The position numbers and the translations under genes were made by a program. A DNA stretch of 63,512 nucleotides, counting the filler, from Chrysochromulina tobinii (taxonomy: Eukaryota): NCBI GenBank assembly GCA_001275005.1. It is 8 parts of 8 records of this genome, joined end to end, with 100 filler letters (N's around TTAATTAATTAA, not from the genome) between each part and the next. Parts side by side here need not be neighbours in the genome. Positions count along the whole stretch, not along the records: positions 1 to 18,681 come from JWZX01000633.1; 7 more parts are not named here. One strand, written 5' to 3'. The notes under the pieces were generated by a model. The model was not told the origin of the DNA. It did not search any database and saw nothing but the letters and a program-made list of their open reading frames with translations. Below are positions 1-11,238 of the stretch, piece by piece. The stretch's first letter is position 1. The number at the start of each line of letters is the position of its first letter.

Positions 1-687
1 CGCCGCCTCGGCCGCCGCCGCCGCCGCAGCCGCTGCTTCCTCGCGTCGACGCCGTGCCTCGGCCACTCTTCTCCGGGCTTCGGCCACGACTGCCTTTTGG
101 ACCTCGATCTCCTTGGCCGCGGCGGCTCGTGAGGCCTGCTCGGCCTTGCGCGCCGCTTCGTCAGCCTCCTGCTGCGCCTGCTGCCGCGCCGCCACAGCCT
201 TCTGCGCCGCCGTGGCCTCAGCGTCTTCCGTCTCTTTGAGTTTCTTTCGACCTATCGAGCTCTTCGACGCCTTGGTCGCCGCTGCCGCCGCATTTGCGCG
301 CTCCACCTGCTCTGCCTCGCTCTGGGTGAGTCTCGACGCCTTCTCCTGAGCCGTCTCCTTGGCCGCAGCAAGGGTGCTGGCCTCTTTGAACTCCGGCGCA
401 ACTGCCGCCCGCGCAATCACCGCCGCCCACTCCTCCAATGACACCGTGCCATCATGGTTGACATCGAGAGCGGAAAACATTTTGGCGGTCGTCTCGTCGT
501 CGAGGCTCTTGAAGCCCATCGCCTCGTGCGTCGCGAGATGCGCCTTGAGCTCAGCTTGTGTGACGCTCCCATCGTCGTTTACGTCCACCTTCGAAAAGAT
601 GCGGATGGCCCGCGATCGCGGTGACTCTTCGTGATTATGGCGCCTCGCAGCCAGCGATGATGGCTGCCGCACTAGCGCGGGCGGCAT
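1..687 (-). CDS. EF-hand pair protein with Ala/Glu/Lys-rich coiled-coil tail (3' end runs off the window)
   Basis: Manual minus-strand translation from ATG 687 gives MPPALVRQ...IFSKVDVNDDGSVTQAE...MFSALDVNHDGTVSLEEW, two canonical EF loops. It is absent from the ORF track because there is no stop before position 1. Confidence 0.8.
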   Translation of the reverse strand, partial: MPPALVRQPSSLAARRHNHEESPRSRAIRIFSKVDVNDDGSVTQAELKAHLATHEAMGFKSLDDETTAKMFSALDVNHDGTVSLEEWAAVIARAAVAPEFKEASTLAAAKETAQEKASRLTQSEAEQVERANAAAAATKASKSSIGRKKLKETEDAEATAAQKAVAARQQAQQEADEAARKAEQASRAAAAKEIEVQKAVVAEARRRVAEARRRREEAAAAAAAAAEAA

Positions 688-960
688 TTCGACGGCGGCG
701 TCCCGCTCGACGCGCTCGAGCACACAGACGGAGACGGTGTGTGTGAGTCTTTACTTTTTCGCCCGTTACGGGACGCGGATACATGAGATCCTTGTAGACA
801 TACATGTACATGTACTTGTACTGAACGAACAACACAATACCGGGCCCAGGGGTTGGGTTCATGGAATGCGGTTTCGTCACAACACCTCCATGGACGAAAT
901 CGCGAAATCGCGAATTGCGAAAGAGAATCCACCCGTTCGCGCTCGGCGCGGGGGGCGACG

Positions 961-2190
961 ATGTTCATCATCACTGCGCTAGCGGCGTACCAGCCAGCGC
1001 TACATGCAAGCACACCGACATTTACGCGTCGCAGCAGTGCTCCGCTTCTCGTGGAAGTGAACCCGAGGCGCGGCGCTTCGCTGCTGGGCTTTGCAGGCGG
1101 AGCGTACACTGGAAATCTGCTCTGGGCCGAGCTCCTCGCCAACAACGTCGTCGATAGGAAGCCGCTCAAGGAGCTAGCGGGCGAGAACGGATTGATCGAC
1201 CCGAACTTTGACGTCGGTGCTGCGCTCAAGTCGATTCAGCTGCCCGACACCTCATCACTGCAGCTGCCTGAGTCGTTCAAATCATTCAAGCTGCCGGACG
1301 CCTCATCCTTTCAGATGCCCGAGGCGCTCAAGTCGCTCAAGCTGCCCGATGCCTCCTCGTTCAAGCTGCCAGAGGGCCTCGACTCGCTTGGCGGGTCGCT
1401 CAAGGACTTCGCCGCCCAGGTGTCCGACCAGGCCGCCACCCAACTTCTCCCTCCCGCAGGCGCCGCTGAGCCTCTAGCCGACGCAACGGCCGCCGCCAGC
1501 GAGTTTGCGGCCTTGCTGCAGCAGCAGACTCAGTCTGCCCTGTCGGGTGTCAAGCTGCCCACGCTCGACAGCAGCACCCTCGAAACCGCGAGGGCCGCCC
1601 TGCTCGACCAGGCCGCCGCACTCTCCTCGCAGGTGCCACCGCCCGAGGAGCTTGCCACTTACGCGTCCGCGCAGCTCGAGGCGACCGCCACTGCGACCGC
1701 CACGGAGGCGGCCAATTTCGTAGGCGCACTCACGGGCGACGTGCTCGTGCCGCTCGCGACTGGACTGCTAGGCGCGGCACTCTTCGGAGGGCTGAGCGGC
1801 GCCGACAATGTGCTCGGCCTTCTGCTGCGCGTGCTCGGCCTCGCTGCGGATTTGGTCTTTCAGCTCGTGGTGGGCATCACGCTGCCCGTGCTGCTGGCCA
1901 TCCTGAACATCGTCTTCGGCGCACTCGTCGGCGCCATCTTCGGCGCCGTCGTTGGACCGGGCACGCTGGTCTCGTCCCTCGCGGACACGACGCGACGCGA
2001 CCTTGCTAAGAATCTGGCCGATGCCCTCGCAGCCCCTGGCAAGGCACTCGTGCGCGTCGGCGAGCTGCCCGGCGAGATCGGGCGCACACTGTTCCTCCAG
2101 GACGTCAAGAAAGGGGAAGTGCCCACCGACGCGCCAGCTACGGCCCAAGTGGCTGGGTCGCCCTACGAGTCCGACAAAGACTACTCGTAG
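961..2190 (+). CDS. Hypothetical membrane protein, probably plastid/secretory targeted
   Basis: ATG 961 starts a short hydrophobic leader (MFIITALAAY). There are 15-aa repeats (LPDASSFKLPE-like) and several C-terminal hydrophobic segments. Divergent from the EF-hand gene across ~270 bp. Confidence 0.6.
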   Translation: MFIITALAAYQPALHASTPTFTRRSSAPLLVEVNPRRGASLLGFAGGAYTGNLLWAELLANNVVDRKPLKELAGENGLIDPNFDVGAALKSIQLPDTSSLQLPESFKSFKLPDASSFQMPEALKSLKLPDASSFKLPEGLDSLGGSLKDFAAQVSDQAATQLLPPAGAAEPLADATAAASEFAALLQQQTQSALSGVKLPTLDSSTLETARAALLDQAAALSSQVPPPEELATYASAQLEATATATATEAANFVGALTGDVLVPLATGLLGAALFGGLSGADNVLGLLLRVLGLAADLVFQLVVGITLPVLLAILNIVFGALVGAIFGAVVGPGTLVSSLADTTRRDLAKNLADALAAPGKALVRVGELPGEIGRTLFLQDVKKGEVPTDAPATAQVAGSPYESDKDYS

Positions 2191-2670
2191 AGGTCGCCGG
2201 AGCCGGCGCTCTTTTCGGCAGAGAATTTTTTCAACTGGAGACGATTCTCGAAACGGAAATAAACGGAAATTTATTAAAAAAGAGGATGGTAGCCTATTTT
2301 TCAAAAAAAAGTTGAATGCCGTCAGACAGCTCGTGCCTTAGCGTATAGATCCTCTCTCGAGGTCGTTACATAGTTACTGTGATTGTGTGAAGCCGCTGAG
2401 CCCACACCGACGGCATTCCACGCCCCGCCACGCCCACGGGCAAAAATCGCGGACTTCGAAAGAAAACCAGGCCTCCTTGTTTTCCCACAAGCGGGGTGGC
2501 CGCCCGCACGATCGAGCGATGGTAGGGTGGAGTCCCATGATGAGGGAAGTAATCAAGTGCGAGTCTCGTGTGTGTGCGCGCATGCTGCCAACCATTGTAA
2601 ACGGATGCTTCGTGCGCTCAGGCAGCTAATCATCACGGTCGTCGTGCAGCCCCGCGTTTGCGATATTGCC

Positions 2671-3633
2671 ATGCAGCAACGCGTCAGCGAGATCTATCCA
2701 CGCTTCTTCGAGTCGCTTCCGTCCATGGCAGGCAAAACGGTGGCCGTGACAGGAGCCTCCCGGGGCCTTGGTTTTGTTACGGCAAAGTCGCTTGCCATGA
2801 AGGGAGCCGCGGTGATTTTGCTGAATCGACGTTCAACCACTGCAGACGACGCTCGGACGCACATTGCAGAGGTTGCTACGGGCCCACCGCCCGTTGCTAT
2901 CGAGTGCGACCTGTGCGACTTTGCCAGTGTTCGCCGTGCAGCTGCCGAGGTAGGTATGCTCTTGACAGAGCGAGGCCTCGACGTCCTGTGTCTCAACGCC
3001 GGGATCATGCTGCAGCCTGATGTGCCGAGTAAGGATGGGTACGACATCACAGCGCAGACCAACGTGCTGTCTCACTTCCTGCTGACGCGCACACTCATGC
3101 CTTGTTTAGAACGCGCAGCCTCCCAGCGCGGCGAGGCTCGCATCTCATCCATGTCGTCTGGGAGTGGCTTTGGCCCTCCCAGCTTTGACGCGCGATTCTA
3201 CGCACGGATGGGCGGGCGACTCGGCGGCCAGCAGGCGAGCTACGCACGCTACCATCAGTCGAAGCTCGCCAACCTTTTGTTCACCTCGGCGCTGCACCGG
3301 AAGCTCAGCGCGAAAGGCAGCCGTATCATGGCCCTGGCATGCACTCCGGGCGTCTGTGCCACCGACATGTTCGTGCATGTTCAGACGCTGTCGCGCCCAA
3401 GCCAACCAGTGGACCTTGGACGGGTGCCATCTGTCGAGGACGGCTCCTGTGCGCAGCTCAAGTGCCTCTGCGACCGCGACGGCGTGCGCTCTGGCCAGCT
3501 GTGGGGACCGCCCGGGCTCGGCGGGTGGCCCGCCGAGGTGGCTATGGCACCGCCCACAGTGCTGGTAGATGCCAGCGCGGAGGAGGCGCTCTGGCAATGC
3601 TGCGAACAAGCCACGGGCTCCTTTGTGCTCTGA
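2671..3633 (+). CDS. Short-chain dehydrogenase/reductase (retinol dehydrogenase/WWOX-like)
   Basis: TGASRGLG Rossmann motif, CDL, LNAGIM, catalytic YHQSK and PGVCAT. Start uncertain (2605, 2671 or 2725). Confidence 0.9.
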   Translation: MQQRVSEIYPRFFESLPSMAGKTVAVTGASRGLGFVTAKSLAMKGAAVILLNRRSTTADDARTHIAEVATGPPPVAIECDLCDFASVRRAAAEVGMLLTERGLDVLCLNAGIMLQPDVPSKDGYDITAQTNVLSHFLLTRTLMPCLERAASQRGEARISSMSSGSGFGPPSFDARFYARMGGRLGGQQASYARYHQSKLANLLFTSALHRKLSAKGSRIMALACTPGVCATDMFVHVQTLSRPSQPVDLGRVPSVEDGSCAQLKCLCDRDGVRSGQLWGPPGLGGWPAEVAMAPPTVLVDASAEEALWQCCEQATGSFVL

Positions 3634-3767
3634 AAAGTCTCCGAAGCATTGCTCCGAAGCTCCTGGGGGGAAGTCATTCACATTCACCTTCACATTCACG
3701 GAAGTATTATTTTGCCCGACTCACGGTTCGACGTCAAGACTTGGAGGCGCGGGGAGGCGGCGAAGAC

Positions 3768-5684
3768 ATGAGCTGGCTGTTTGGCGCGGGCCCCCCTGCG
3801 ACTGGGGGCGGCCTCTTTGGCGCAGCGCCCACTCCAGCACCCGGCGGCGGCCTCTTTGGCGCCGCGCGAGCTCCAGCGGCTGCGGCAGGCGGCTGTGGCG
3901 GCGGCGGCACCCTTTTTGGCGGCGGCGGCGCGGCGGGAGCACCGGCTCCGGCCTTTGGTAGCCTCGGAGCCCCCGCGGCCGGCAACCCTTTTGGTGGAGC
4001 CGGCCCTGGAGGCTTTGGTCCCCAGCCGGCTCTCGCTCCCGCGGCCGTCGCGTTTAGCGCTCCAGCTGCCACGCTGTTCGGCGGCGCGGCCCCAGCGGCG
4101 GCCGGCGGCCTGTTCGGCATCGCTGGCAATCTGTACAACACGCTGCGGAGCGTGTATCTGCCCTCGCCAAGCAGTAGCAGCAGCCAGGGCGGCGGCGGCG
4201 CCGTCGGGGGCAGCGGGCCGGACTTTGTGAGCACCCCTGCGTCCCAGTGGAATATTGGCGCCGACGAGGCGCGGCTCGGTGCGCCCATGCTCACAGAAGG
4301 TAGCGACCCGTCAGCGCCGCGAGCTGCGGCTCCCACGGCGTCATCTTCCAGCCACTCGCTCGCGCCCGCGGGGGGGCCTGCGCGCCCGCTGTACACACGC
4401 GCGTTCAGCATCTCACAGGCCTCCGCCTTTGATCCGGTGGGTGAGACGTCAAAGGCCGTGCGCCGCGACTCGTTTGGCGTGTCGCCGCGCTCGGCCATGA
4501 TGATGATGATGGCGGAGCGGGCGACGTCTCCGGGTTTCGACAACGTCGACGGCGCGATTGCCAGTGGCAGTGGTGCGCCGCCCGCCATGCGCCACATGCG
4601 CGAGCGCCTCGAGGCGGCGGAGAAGGCCGCCCGCGAGCTGCAGCACAAGGCGCTCAGTTCGGCGCGCGTCATCGTGCAGCGGGCGATGGATGACGCGCGC
4701 TGCGTGAGCAAGCAAGCGTACGAGGCGGCGGCCGCACTAGAGCTCCAGGAGCGTGCACGTCTGGAGCACGAGCGTACACGTGTGCTCAACGAGGTTCGAC
4801 AAGATGCGACGAACGCCGCCGCGCAGATCGTCAAGGCCGCTCAAGTGGAGGCGAGCCGTGTGCGCATCGATGCGGAGAAGGAGGCCATTGCCATCCTGAA
4901 GGTGATTCGTGACCACTCGGAAGAGGCCAGTCGTAGGGCCGCCGCAGCGCCTGCCGCGCCCGCTGCCGCACCCTCGGCGGCGAGTGGCAGCACCGGTGCC
5001 CTGAAGGCTGGCGCTGGCTCGGGTGGGGGTCTGTTTGGCGGCGGCGGCGGCGGCGGTGGTGGCGGCAGCGGCAGCGGCGGCAACGGCTTTTCGTTCTCCT
5101 CGGGTGGCGGTGGCGGTGGCGGCGGTGGGGGGCTGTTCAGCGGCGGCGGCGGCGGCGGTGGCGGCGGCAGCAGCGGGTCGGGTGCGTCTCTATTCGCTGC
5201 GGCGCCGCTCTTCTGCGGCGGCAGCAGCGGCGACAGCACGGGCGGTACCGCGAGCGGCAGCGGCAGCGGTAGCGCCGCACCGAGTGCCGCGCCCGCCGCC
5301 TCTAGCAGCACCGGCTTTTCGTTTGGTGCCGGCACCACCACCACCACAGCGCCGGACGTCAAGGTGCCAGCGGCTGCCGATACAGGTCTGTTCACCTTTG
5401 GCGCCGCACCGCGTGCGCGTGAGCCCGCCGCGCCCAGCAACACCGGCTTTTCTTTTGGTGCCCCGTTTGGCGGCGGCGGCGGCGGCAGCAGCGGCGGCGA
5501 CAGCGCACCGGCCATGCCACTCTTCGTGGGGCAGGCGCCGGCGGCGCCGCAGATGCCCATGTTCGGGGCTGGGGGTGGTATGTTCGCCGCGGGCAGCACC
5601 GACAACCTTTCCGATCTCAACAGCCCGACCGGACGGCGCAAATATAAGGCGAGAAGGCCGGCGTCGTCGACGGGCACATATTAA
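3768..5684 (+). CDS. FG-repeat nucleoporin-like protein (Nup1/Nup153-like C-terminus)
   Basis: GGLFG, FSFG and FTFG repeats at both ends, a central coiled coil, and a basic C-terminal GRRKYKARRP. Confidence 0.65.
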   Translation: MSWLFGAGPPATGGGLFGAAPTPAPGGGLFGAARAPAAAAGGCGGGGTLFGGGGAAGAPAPAFGSLGAPAAGNPFGGAGPGGFGPQPALAPAAVAFSAPAATLFGGAAPAAAGGLFGIAGNLYNTLRSVYLPSPSSSSSQGGGGAVGGSGPDFVSTPASQWNIGADEARLGAPMLTEGSDPSAPRAAAPTASSSSHSLAPAGGPARPLYTRAFSISQASAFDPVGETSKAVRRDSFGVSPRSAMMMMMAERATSPGFDNVDGAIASGSGAPPAMRHMRERLEAAEKAARELQHKALSSARVIVQRAMDDARCVSKQAYEAAAALELQERARLEHERTRVLNEVRQDATNAAAQIVKAAQVEASRVRIDAEKEAIAILKVIRDHSEEASRRAAAAPAAPAAAPSAASGSTGALKAGAGSGGGLFGGGGGGGGGGSGSGGNGFSFSSGGGGGGGGGGLFSGGGGGGGGGSSGSGASLFAAAPLFCGGSSGDSTGGTASGSGSGSAAPSAAPAASSSTGFSFGAGTTTTTAPDVKVPAAADTGLFTFGAAPRAREPAAPSNTGFSFGAPFGGGGGGSSGGDSAPAMPLFVGQAPAAPQMPMFGAGGGMFAAGSTDNLSDLNSPTGRRKYKARRPASSTGTY

Positions 5685-6477
5685 GGCGTCCGAGGAGGCC
5701 GGCGTCGTCGAGGCGCTAAGTGCCAGCGACCAGCTTCGTCGGCTCTGTCACAAGAGCGACTACTGTATTCGTACGCCAGACAGGCCCTCCGCTCCTATGT
5801 GTATGTTCGGTCCAAGACGCAAGCGAAGTCCATGCACCATCATGCTTACATGCCGCCATGCCGCCATGCCGCGCCGGATGTCGTACGCGCCTCGCCCAAG
5901 GCTCCGCACCGCACGCTCGGGTCGTGGATTGATGATTCTGTCCGCGCGACCGCTACCCTGCGCGGGGCGGTGGTACCGGAGGGCCACGTGTAGCGGCGTA
6001 AATAATTACGAAACGCATATCATTCGACCCTGCATTCGTGCGTGCGACGCCGCGAAGCGCCGATGCCCGATTCCGCCTATCCGTTTGCGTTTCGTATATT
6101 CGATTTAGATACGCCGCCGGACACCCGGCGCGTGGGCCCCCGTGCCCCGTCCGGACGCCCGGCGGGCTACGCAGCCGAGCGGCGAATACAAGAGGTGCGA
6201 AGACCGTCACGAAGACCGAAGTTGCAAGCTTGCAACAATCTCCTATACAAAGCTTAGACTCATGTGTCATGTCGTAACCAACGACGCTCAGAAGAGTGCA
6301 CCAGATCCAGAATGCTGGCGAGAAATCCCGCTGAATTCCAACTCGCCACACAACCCACACCGCATGGGATGCCGCACGGTATGCCTCAGGCCTGGGTGCT
6401 CTGCCTCCTCCGTCCTCTCTGTCGCCACATAGCCGTCGTGGGACCCGCCGCTGCTCGGTCTGGGCCCACGATCCCGC

Positions 6478-9120
6478 TCAACTTGCGCGGGAACGCGTCG
6501 ACGCGGGCATCAGCTCGAGCTCGATGACCTGTCCGGCCCGTGCGTCGGCCGGGGCCGTAAACATTACATCAGAGCCGTCGTCGAGCGTCGCGCGGTACTG
6601 CTGGTTGGGTACCACCCCATCGGGCAGCTGGATCGGTACCCGTTCGGCCGGCCGCGCCGCCCTGGCACGCGCTTTTGCCCTGGCGGCGGCTCGGGCGTTC
6701 GCGTCGTACTCGGCGGCTCGGCCGTTGCCGCGTGGGCTGCGTCCGGCGCCGCGCGGGGGTTCCCACTCCGCCGCCGATGGGGTTGCAGCCGCCGCGCGCT
6801 TCGCCTCGAGCGCCTCGTCTGCCGCAGCTTGGGCTGCGCGTGCCGCCTCTGCTGCCTTGGCCTCCGCCGCCTGCGCTGAAGCCCTGGCCTCCGCAGCCTC
6901 GGCCACGATTTGGTCCCATTCGAGACGTTGAGCCGCCGCCCGCTTCGCCGCCGCCCGCCCAGCCTCGCGCCTCTCCAGTGCAAAGCGCTCCGCCTCCGCC
7001 TCCGCCCTCTCCGCCGCCGCCCTCTCCGCCTCCGCCTCGGCCCTGTCCGCCGCCAGCTGCTCCGCCTCCGCCCGCTTTGCCAGCTGCTCCGCCTCCAACT
7101 GCGTCGCCTGCGCCCTCTCCGCCGCCGCTTGCTCCATCGCCCTCTCCGCCGCCGCTTGCTCCATCTCAGCTTTCTCGGCTGCGAGCCTCATCGCCTCGGC
7201 GCTGGCCGTTGCGGCCTCTGCGGAAGCCTTCGCTGCCGCCTGCTCGGCCTCAGCTTTGAGGGCAGCCAAGGCTTCCTTCTCGGCTGCTAGCCTCATCGCC
7301 TCGGCGCTGGCCGTTGCGGCCTCTGCGGAGGCCTTCGCTGCGGCCTGCTCGGCCTGCTCGGCGGCGGCAGCGAAGACCTCCGCCTTCGCCTTCAATGCAG
7401 CCACCTCTTGCTTGAGCAGAGCCATCTCCTCGGCTGCCGCGTCTATCCCCGCCGCCCGCCCCGGCCTCGCCAGAGTCGCCTCCGCCTCCTCCGCCTCCTC
7501 CGCGTCCTCCACCACCTCCTCCTCCTCCTCCTCCGCCTCCTCTCCGTCCTCCTCTTCGTCCGCCTCCTCCCCTCCGCCGAGCTCGAATCCCGTCGCCTCC
7601 TGCAGCTTCTCGCCGAGCAGCTGCGAAGTCTCAAGCAATGCCTCGCCCATTACCGTCGCGACCTCCTTGGCGAGTGTCGCGGCGCCCTGTGCGAGGTCCT
7701 TGGCCGTTCGCAGAGAGACCACCTCGGCGTCGATGGTGCCGCGCCCGACCACTCGCCCCGCCTCCGCCAGAGTCGCTTGGCGCTGCTCGAGAGAGTCTCG
7801 AGTCTCAGGCTGGAGTTGTGCCCAACTGTCCGCGCGCAACTGATTGGCCCAGGACGTGACACCTTCCACCACGCCCGACTTGCGCACGATCACCTCCGCC
7901 GGAACGGTGACGACCTTGCTAATGATCTCGACGCCCTTGCCCACCGCCTCGATGCCGCCGCGCGCGGGAGGTGCCACCTCCGTCTTGAGCACGTCGAAAG
8001 TTGCCTGTGGTCCGAGCGTGATCACGCCAACGGCCAACGTGACGGCCAGCGCCGTCTTCACAGCGCCACCACCACCACCGCCGCCGGGCCGGTATCCGCG
8101 GTACGTAGACGGCGCTGGCCACCCAGGAACGTTGGCCGAGCTGAACAACAACTCGGGCGCCGTTTTCTTCCTCACGGGCGTCGTCCCACCACCCCATGCG
8201 GCCTCCCATACCCCAGCAGGCTGACCCGCACGGAACGCCCCGCCAGCAGCCGCCAAAGGCACGTCAGGCCCCATCCCGTCGTACCCCGCCCCGAAGCCCG
8301 GCGTGGACACTGACGGCTTCGAGAGAGATCGGAAGGGCTTCGTGAACGCATTCGCGGCGCGCTGAAGAGGGTTCATCGCTGCCTCCTGTGCCGCTCGGCG
8401 CACCGCAAGGCGCTCCGCGTAGCTGTCGTAGCCGCCGTTGGAGCTCGAAAGAGAGCTCGAAAGGTCCTCGTCGGCGGCGACACCCTGCGGGGGTCCAACT
8501 CCTACGGGGAACCCACTCGCACCTCTTGCAGCTGCGGGGAACCCATTCGCACCTCTTGCAGCCGCACGCGCCGTCGCGTCAAAGCCCCCAAACATTGTTT
8601 GCGGCAAGGCGGCCCCCGGCGGAAGCGGCATCGTGCTGCGGGCGACCTCCCCTTCCGAAGCCACCGAGGCAGCGGCACGTGAGTTCGTTGCGGCATCGGC
8701 GGCCCTCGCAGCCGCTCTCGCGATTGCGCGAACCTCATCGGCGGGACTCACAAAGTTCCTAGGGCGGCCTGCATTGGATGGCACGACAACGCCCATCGTC
8801 GGCCCACGGCTTAGAGACGAACCAAAGTTTCCCGTCGCACCCATCCCAAAGCTTCCCGGCGTCGCACGCATGCTGCCTTGAGAGGGCGCGGCGGAGTTCG
8901 AGCGTCCAGTGTATGGCCTTCGGAAATCGGACGAGCTCATGTCGACGAAATTCCTGGCAGAGGGGGGCTGCTCTCGCATTTTCACGCCGGACGTGCGGTG
9001 GAAGGAGGCAGCCGTGCAATGATGTGGATGAAGAGCCGCCAATGAGTCCGCCAGCGAACGCGCCACTTCGACGATGGCCAGCAGCACGCAGAGTCGAGCG
9101 AGCAGCGCCCGACCCTTCAT
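6478..9120 (-). CDS. Hypothetical protein: signal peptide, one hydrophobic segment, Ala/Glu coiled coil, small C-terminal beta-like domain
   Basis: 880-aa ORF with N-terminal hydrophobic leader, duplicated AEQAAAKASAEAATASAEAMRLAAEK block, and C-terminal IQLPDGVVPNQQYRATLDDGSDVMFTAP. Confidence 0.65.
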   Translation of the reverse strand: MKGRALLARLCVLLAIVEVARSLADSLAALHPHHCTAASFHRTSGVKMREQPPSARNFVDMSSSDFRRPYTGRSNSAAPSQGSMRATPGSFGMGATGNFGSSLSRGPTMGVVVPSNAGRPRNFVSPADEVRAIARAAARAADAATNSRAAASVASEGEVARSTMPLPPGAALPQTMFGGFDATARAAARGANGFPAAARGASGFPVGVGPPQGVAADEDLSSSLSSSNGGYDSYAERLAVRRAAQEAAMNPLQRAANAFTKPFRSLSKPSVSTPGFGAGYDGMGPDVPLAAAGGAFRAGQPAGVWEAAWGGGTTPVRKKTAPELLFSSANVPGWPAPSTYRGYRPGGGGGGGAVKTALAVTLAVGVITLGPQATFDVLKTEVAPPARGGIEAVGKGVEIISKVVTVPAEVIVRKSGVVEGVTSWANQLRADSWAQLQPETRDSLEQRQATLAEAGRVVGRGTIDAEVVSLRTAKDLAQGAATLAKEVATVMGEALLETSQLLGEKLQEATGFELGGGEEADEEEDGEEAEEEEEEVVEDAEEAEEAEATLARPGRAAGIDAAAEEMALLKQEVAALKAKAEVFAAAAEQAEQAAAKASAEAATASAEAMRLAAEKEALAALKAEAEQAAAKASAEAATASAEAMRLAAEKAEMEQAAAERAMEQAAAERAQATQLEAEQLAKRAEAEQLAADRAEAEAERAAAERAEAEAERFALERREAGRAAAKRAAAQRLEWDQIVAEAAEARASAQAAEAKAAEAARAAQAAADEALEAKRAAAATPSAAEWEPPRGAGRSPRGNGRAAEYDANARAAARAKARARAARPAERVPIQLPDGVVPNQQYRATLDDGSDVMFTAPADARAGQVIELELMPASTRSRAS

Positions 9121-9467
9121 CGGGCCGCCGCTCGCGTGGACGTACAGAAAACAGATGCGGCCGCCTTCGTTGATAAACCCACCGTGGCGGTCGAAGGTTG
9201 AGAAGCTTGTGACGAAGTTCTGGATTCTTCATTCGCCGTTTCAAGTTTGAGATGCGTTCTTAAATTGGGGATTTTACGTAAAGCGAGGCACGACTATATC
9301 GCGGCAGGTTGACACGTAAGTCTGCTGCAACGCCTCTCGCTGTTCTAACAAAGTGTGTTGATTGTGACGAAGCACAATTTCGTGCACAATTTCGTCACCA
9401 GGACCTTTCGCGCCCCGCCCGCCCGCCGCCTTGCACGTGCGAGAAAGCGCGGCCGCTGGTCTTCATC

Positions 9468-10415
9468 ATGCTGCACCAAAAGAGTATGCCGCTCCAAAGG
9501 CTTGGTGGCGCGATGCTCAATCATCGACCGAGGGCTCGGACACTTTTCAAGGACCCTCGGATGAGCCGCCTCGACGAGCCCGATGAGCCCGACGGGAATG
9601 AGCACGAAGAGAACGAGCCCGCCACGCCTGTCACCATGACAGCTTCTGCAGCCCAATCCCCGCGCCTCACCATCAGCGACCCTGCGAAATTTACCGGCGA
9701 TACTGACGGCACTGGCTTGCCAGTGTCGCCAATGGATGTCACGGCCGCACTGCCGGACGAGGACGACCTGCCGGTGACATCCATTCCAGTGCGCGGCTCC
9801 TTTGCAAGCGTCCAACGCCACGTAGCGACCGCTGTGAACACCATTCTGAGCGAGCGATCTATCGAAGAGGGCCAGGTAGTAGCATTCGCCCTCACGAAGC
9901 TGAACGCCGCGGAGATGGCGGAGAGGGCGACGCTTGAGCTCATGGTCGTTGAGCGTGAGAGCCGCGAATCCATCGAGCGTTGGGACCTCCACATCCAAAT
10001 CATCAACGGCCTGACGCCCGCTCGTGGCGCAACGCGGCAGAAGGAAGTGGCCAACGAGGAGTTCGTCACGGCCGTCATCGAGAAGCAGGTAAGGCGGAGC
10101 TGCAAGTTCCTGCCCACCTCCTTCGCGCCGCTCGACGTGGAGCTACAACTCCGCCTGCATGAGCATGCGCACTCGACCCTCGATGAGTCACCAGTCAAGG
10201 AGTATGAAAGGCTGCACACGCGCCTTGCGATGCCAGACACGACGCCAGACACGATGATGGCTGCACAGGGGGACCGCACGTTCATGATGGCGCTCATCAT
10301 GGCGCTCTGGGCCGCCCTTGCGGCCGTCGCCTTTGCGGTGGGCGTGGGCGCGGGCCTCACTGCAGCCTTCTCGCGATACGTGCGCTCCGCCCTGTGGTTC
10401 CCCGTCCCGTTCTGA
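9468..10415 (+). CDS. Hypothetical protein with C-terminal transmembrane anchor
   Basis: Long ORF with GC3-biased codons ending in the hydrophobic FMMALIMALWAALAAVAFAVGVGAGL. Start uncertain. Confidence 0.5.
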   Translation: MLHQKSMPLQRLGGAMLNHRPRARTLFKDPRMSRLDEPDEPDGNEHEENEPATPVTMTASAAQSPRLTISDPAKFTGDTDGTGLPVSPMDVTAALPDEDDLPVTSIPVRGSFASVQRHVATAVNTILSERSIEEGQVVAFALTKLNAAEMAERATLELMVVERESRESIERWDLHIQIINGLTPARGATRQKEVANEEFVTAVIEKQVRRSCKFLPTSFAPLDVELQLRLHEHAHSTLDESPVKEYERLHTRLAMPDTTPDTMMAAQGDRTFMMALIMALWAALAAVAFAVGVGAGLTAAFSRYVRSALWFPVPF

Positions 10416-11238
10416 TAGAGGCCCCCACAGCGCGCGCGGTACTGAGGCCGCACGGACGTGCTGTGCGCACACGCGTCGGTGTACACCGATTGGAGCGATC
10501 TGGAGGATACGAGGTGCGGATCGACTTGTTCGTCGCTCTCGCGCGCGCGCGCAGCTCGGTTTGAGCTCGGCGTGGCCTTCGATCGGCTCGGAGGCACGTC
10601 GCTGTGCTGCGGTCACATGGGCCAGGGCGGGAGCTGCAACAGCATGTGCACGTCAGTCAAAAGATAGAAAACCAGCGGGCACGTGAAGTGGTGTGTCGAT
10701 TCGGTACGGTTTGACACCACGTTCGCGGACACGATGCTGGTCATGTGTCGGGGCCTAGTCGGGGCCAGTCATCGCATCGTGATTCGGTATCCGATCCGGC
10801 GGAGGGTGTGCACCGCACAGCGCACCGCGACCCGGCGCATGCCGCATGGCGGCGGCGCGCAGCTCGGGGCCACGCGCGTCCACTACACGACCACACCCGG
10901 TCCACAAAGACAAACCTCCATGCCACAACGCAAGGATACCCGGTCCGCTCAGACCGACGAGATCGCCTCACGATGATGCCTTTCGTTTCAGGGAGCTTAT
11001 CGTTGCGATGAAACATGAATTCACCCGTTTCGCGTCACGTGTGCGCGCCGAGACGACCGAGCAGATCCACACTTGGCATTGTATTGAAGTTTGAACCCCC
11101 TCTAAATTACTAATTTACTACGATATATATAACCCGTACTCTATAAGGTGTGCGGACCGCCGTGCTGGCCACCGGGGCTGCACTGCGGGGCGCACCTCGC
11201 ACGCCGAGGAGGACACGCGGGAGACGTCGGGAGTCTTT

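Noticed and set aside
3734..8881. Long antisense ORFs overlapping the nucleoporin and 880-aa genes
   Set aside because: Typical stop-poor shadows of GC3-rich coding sequence.
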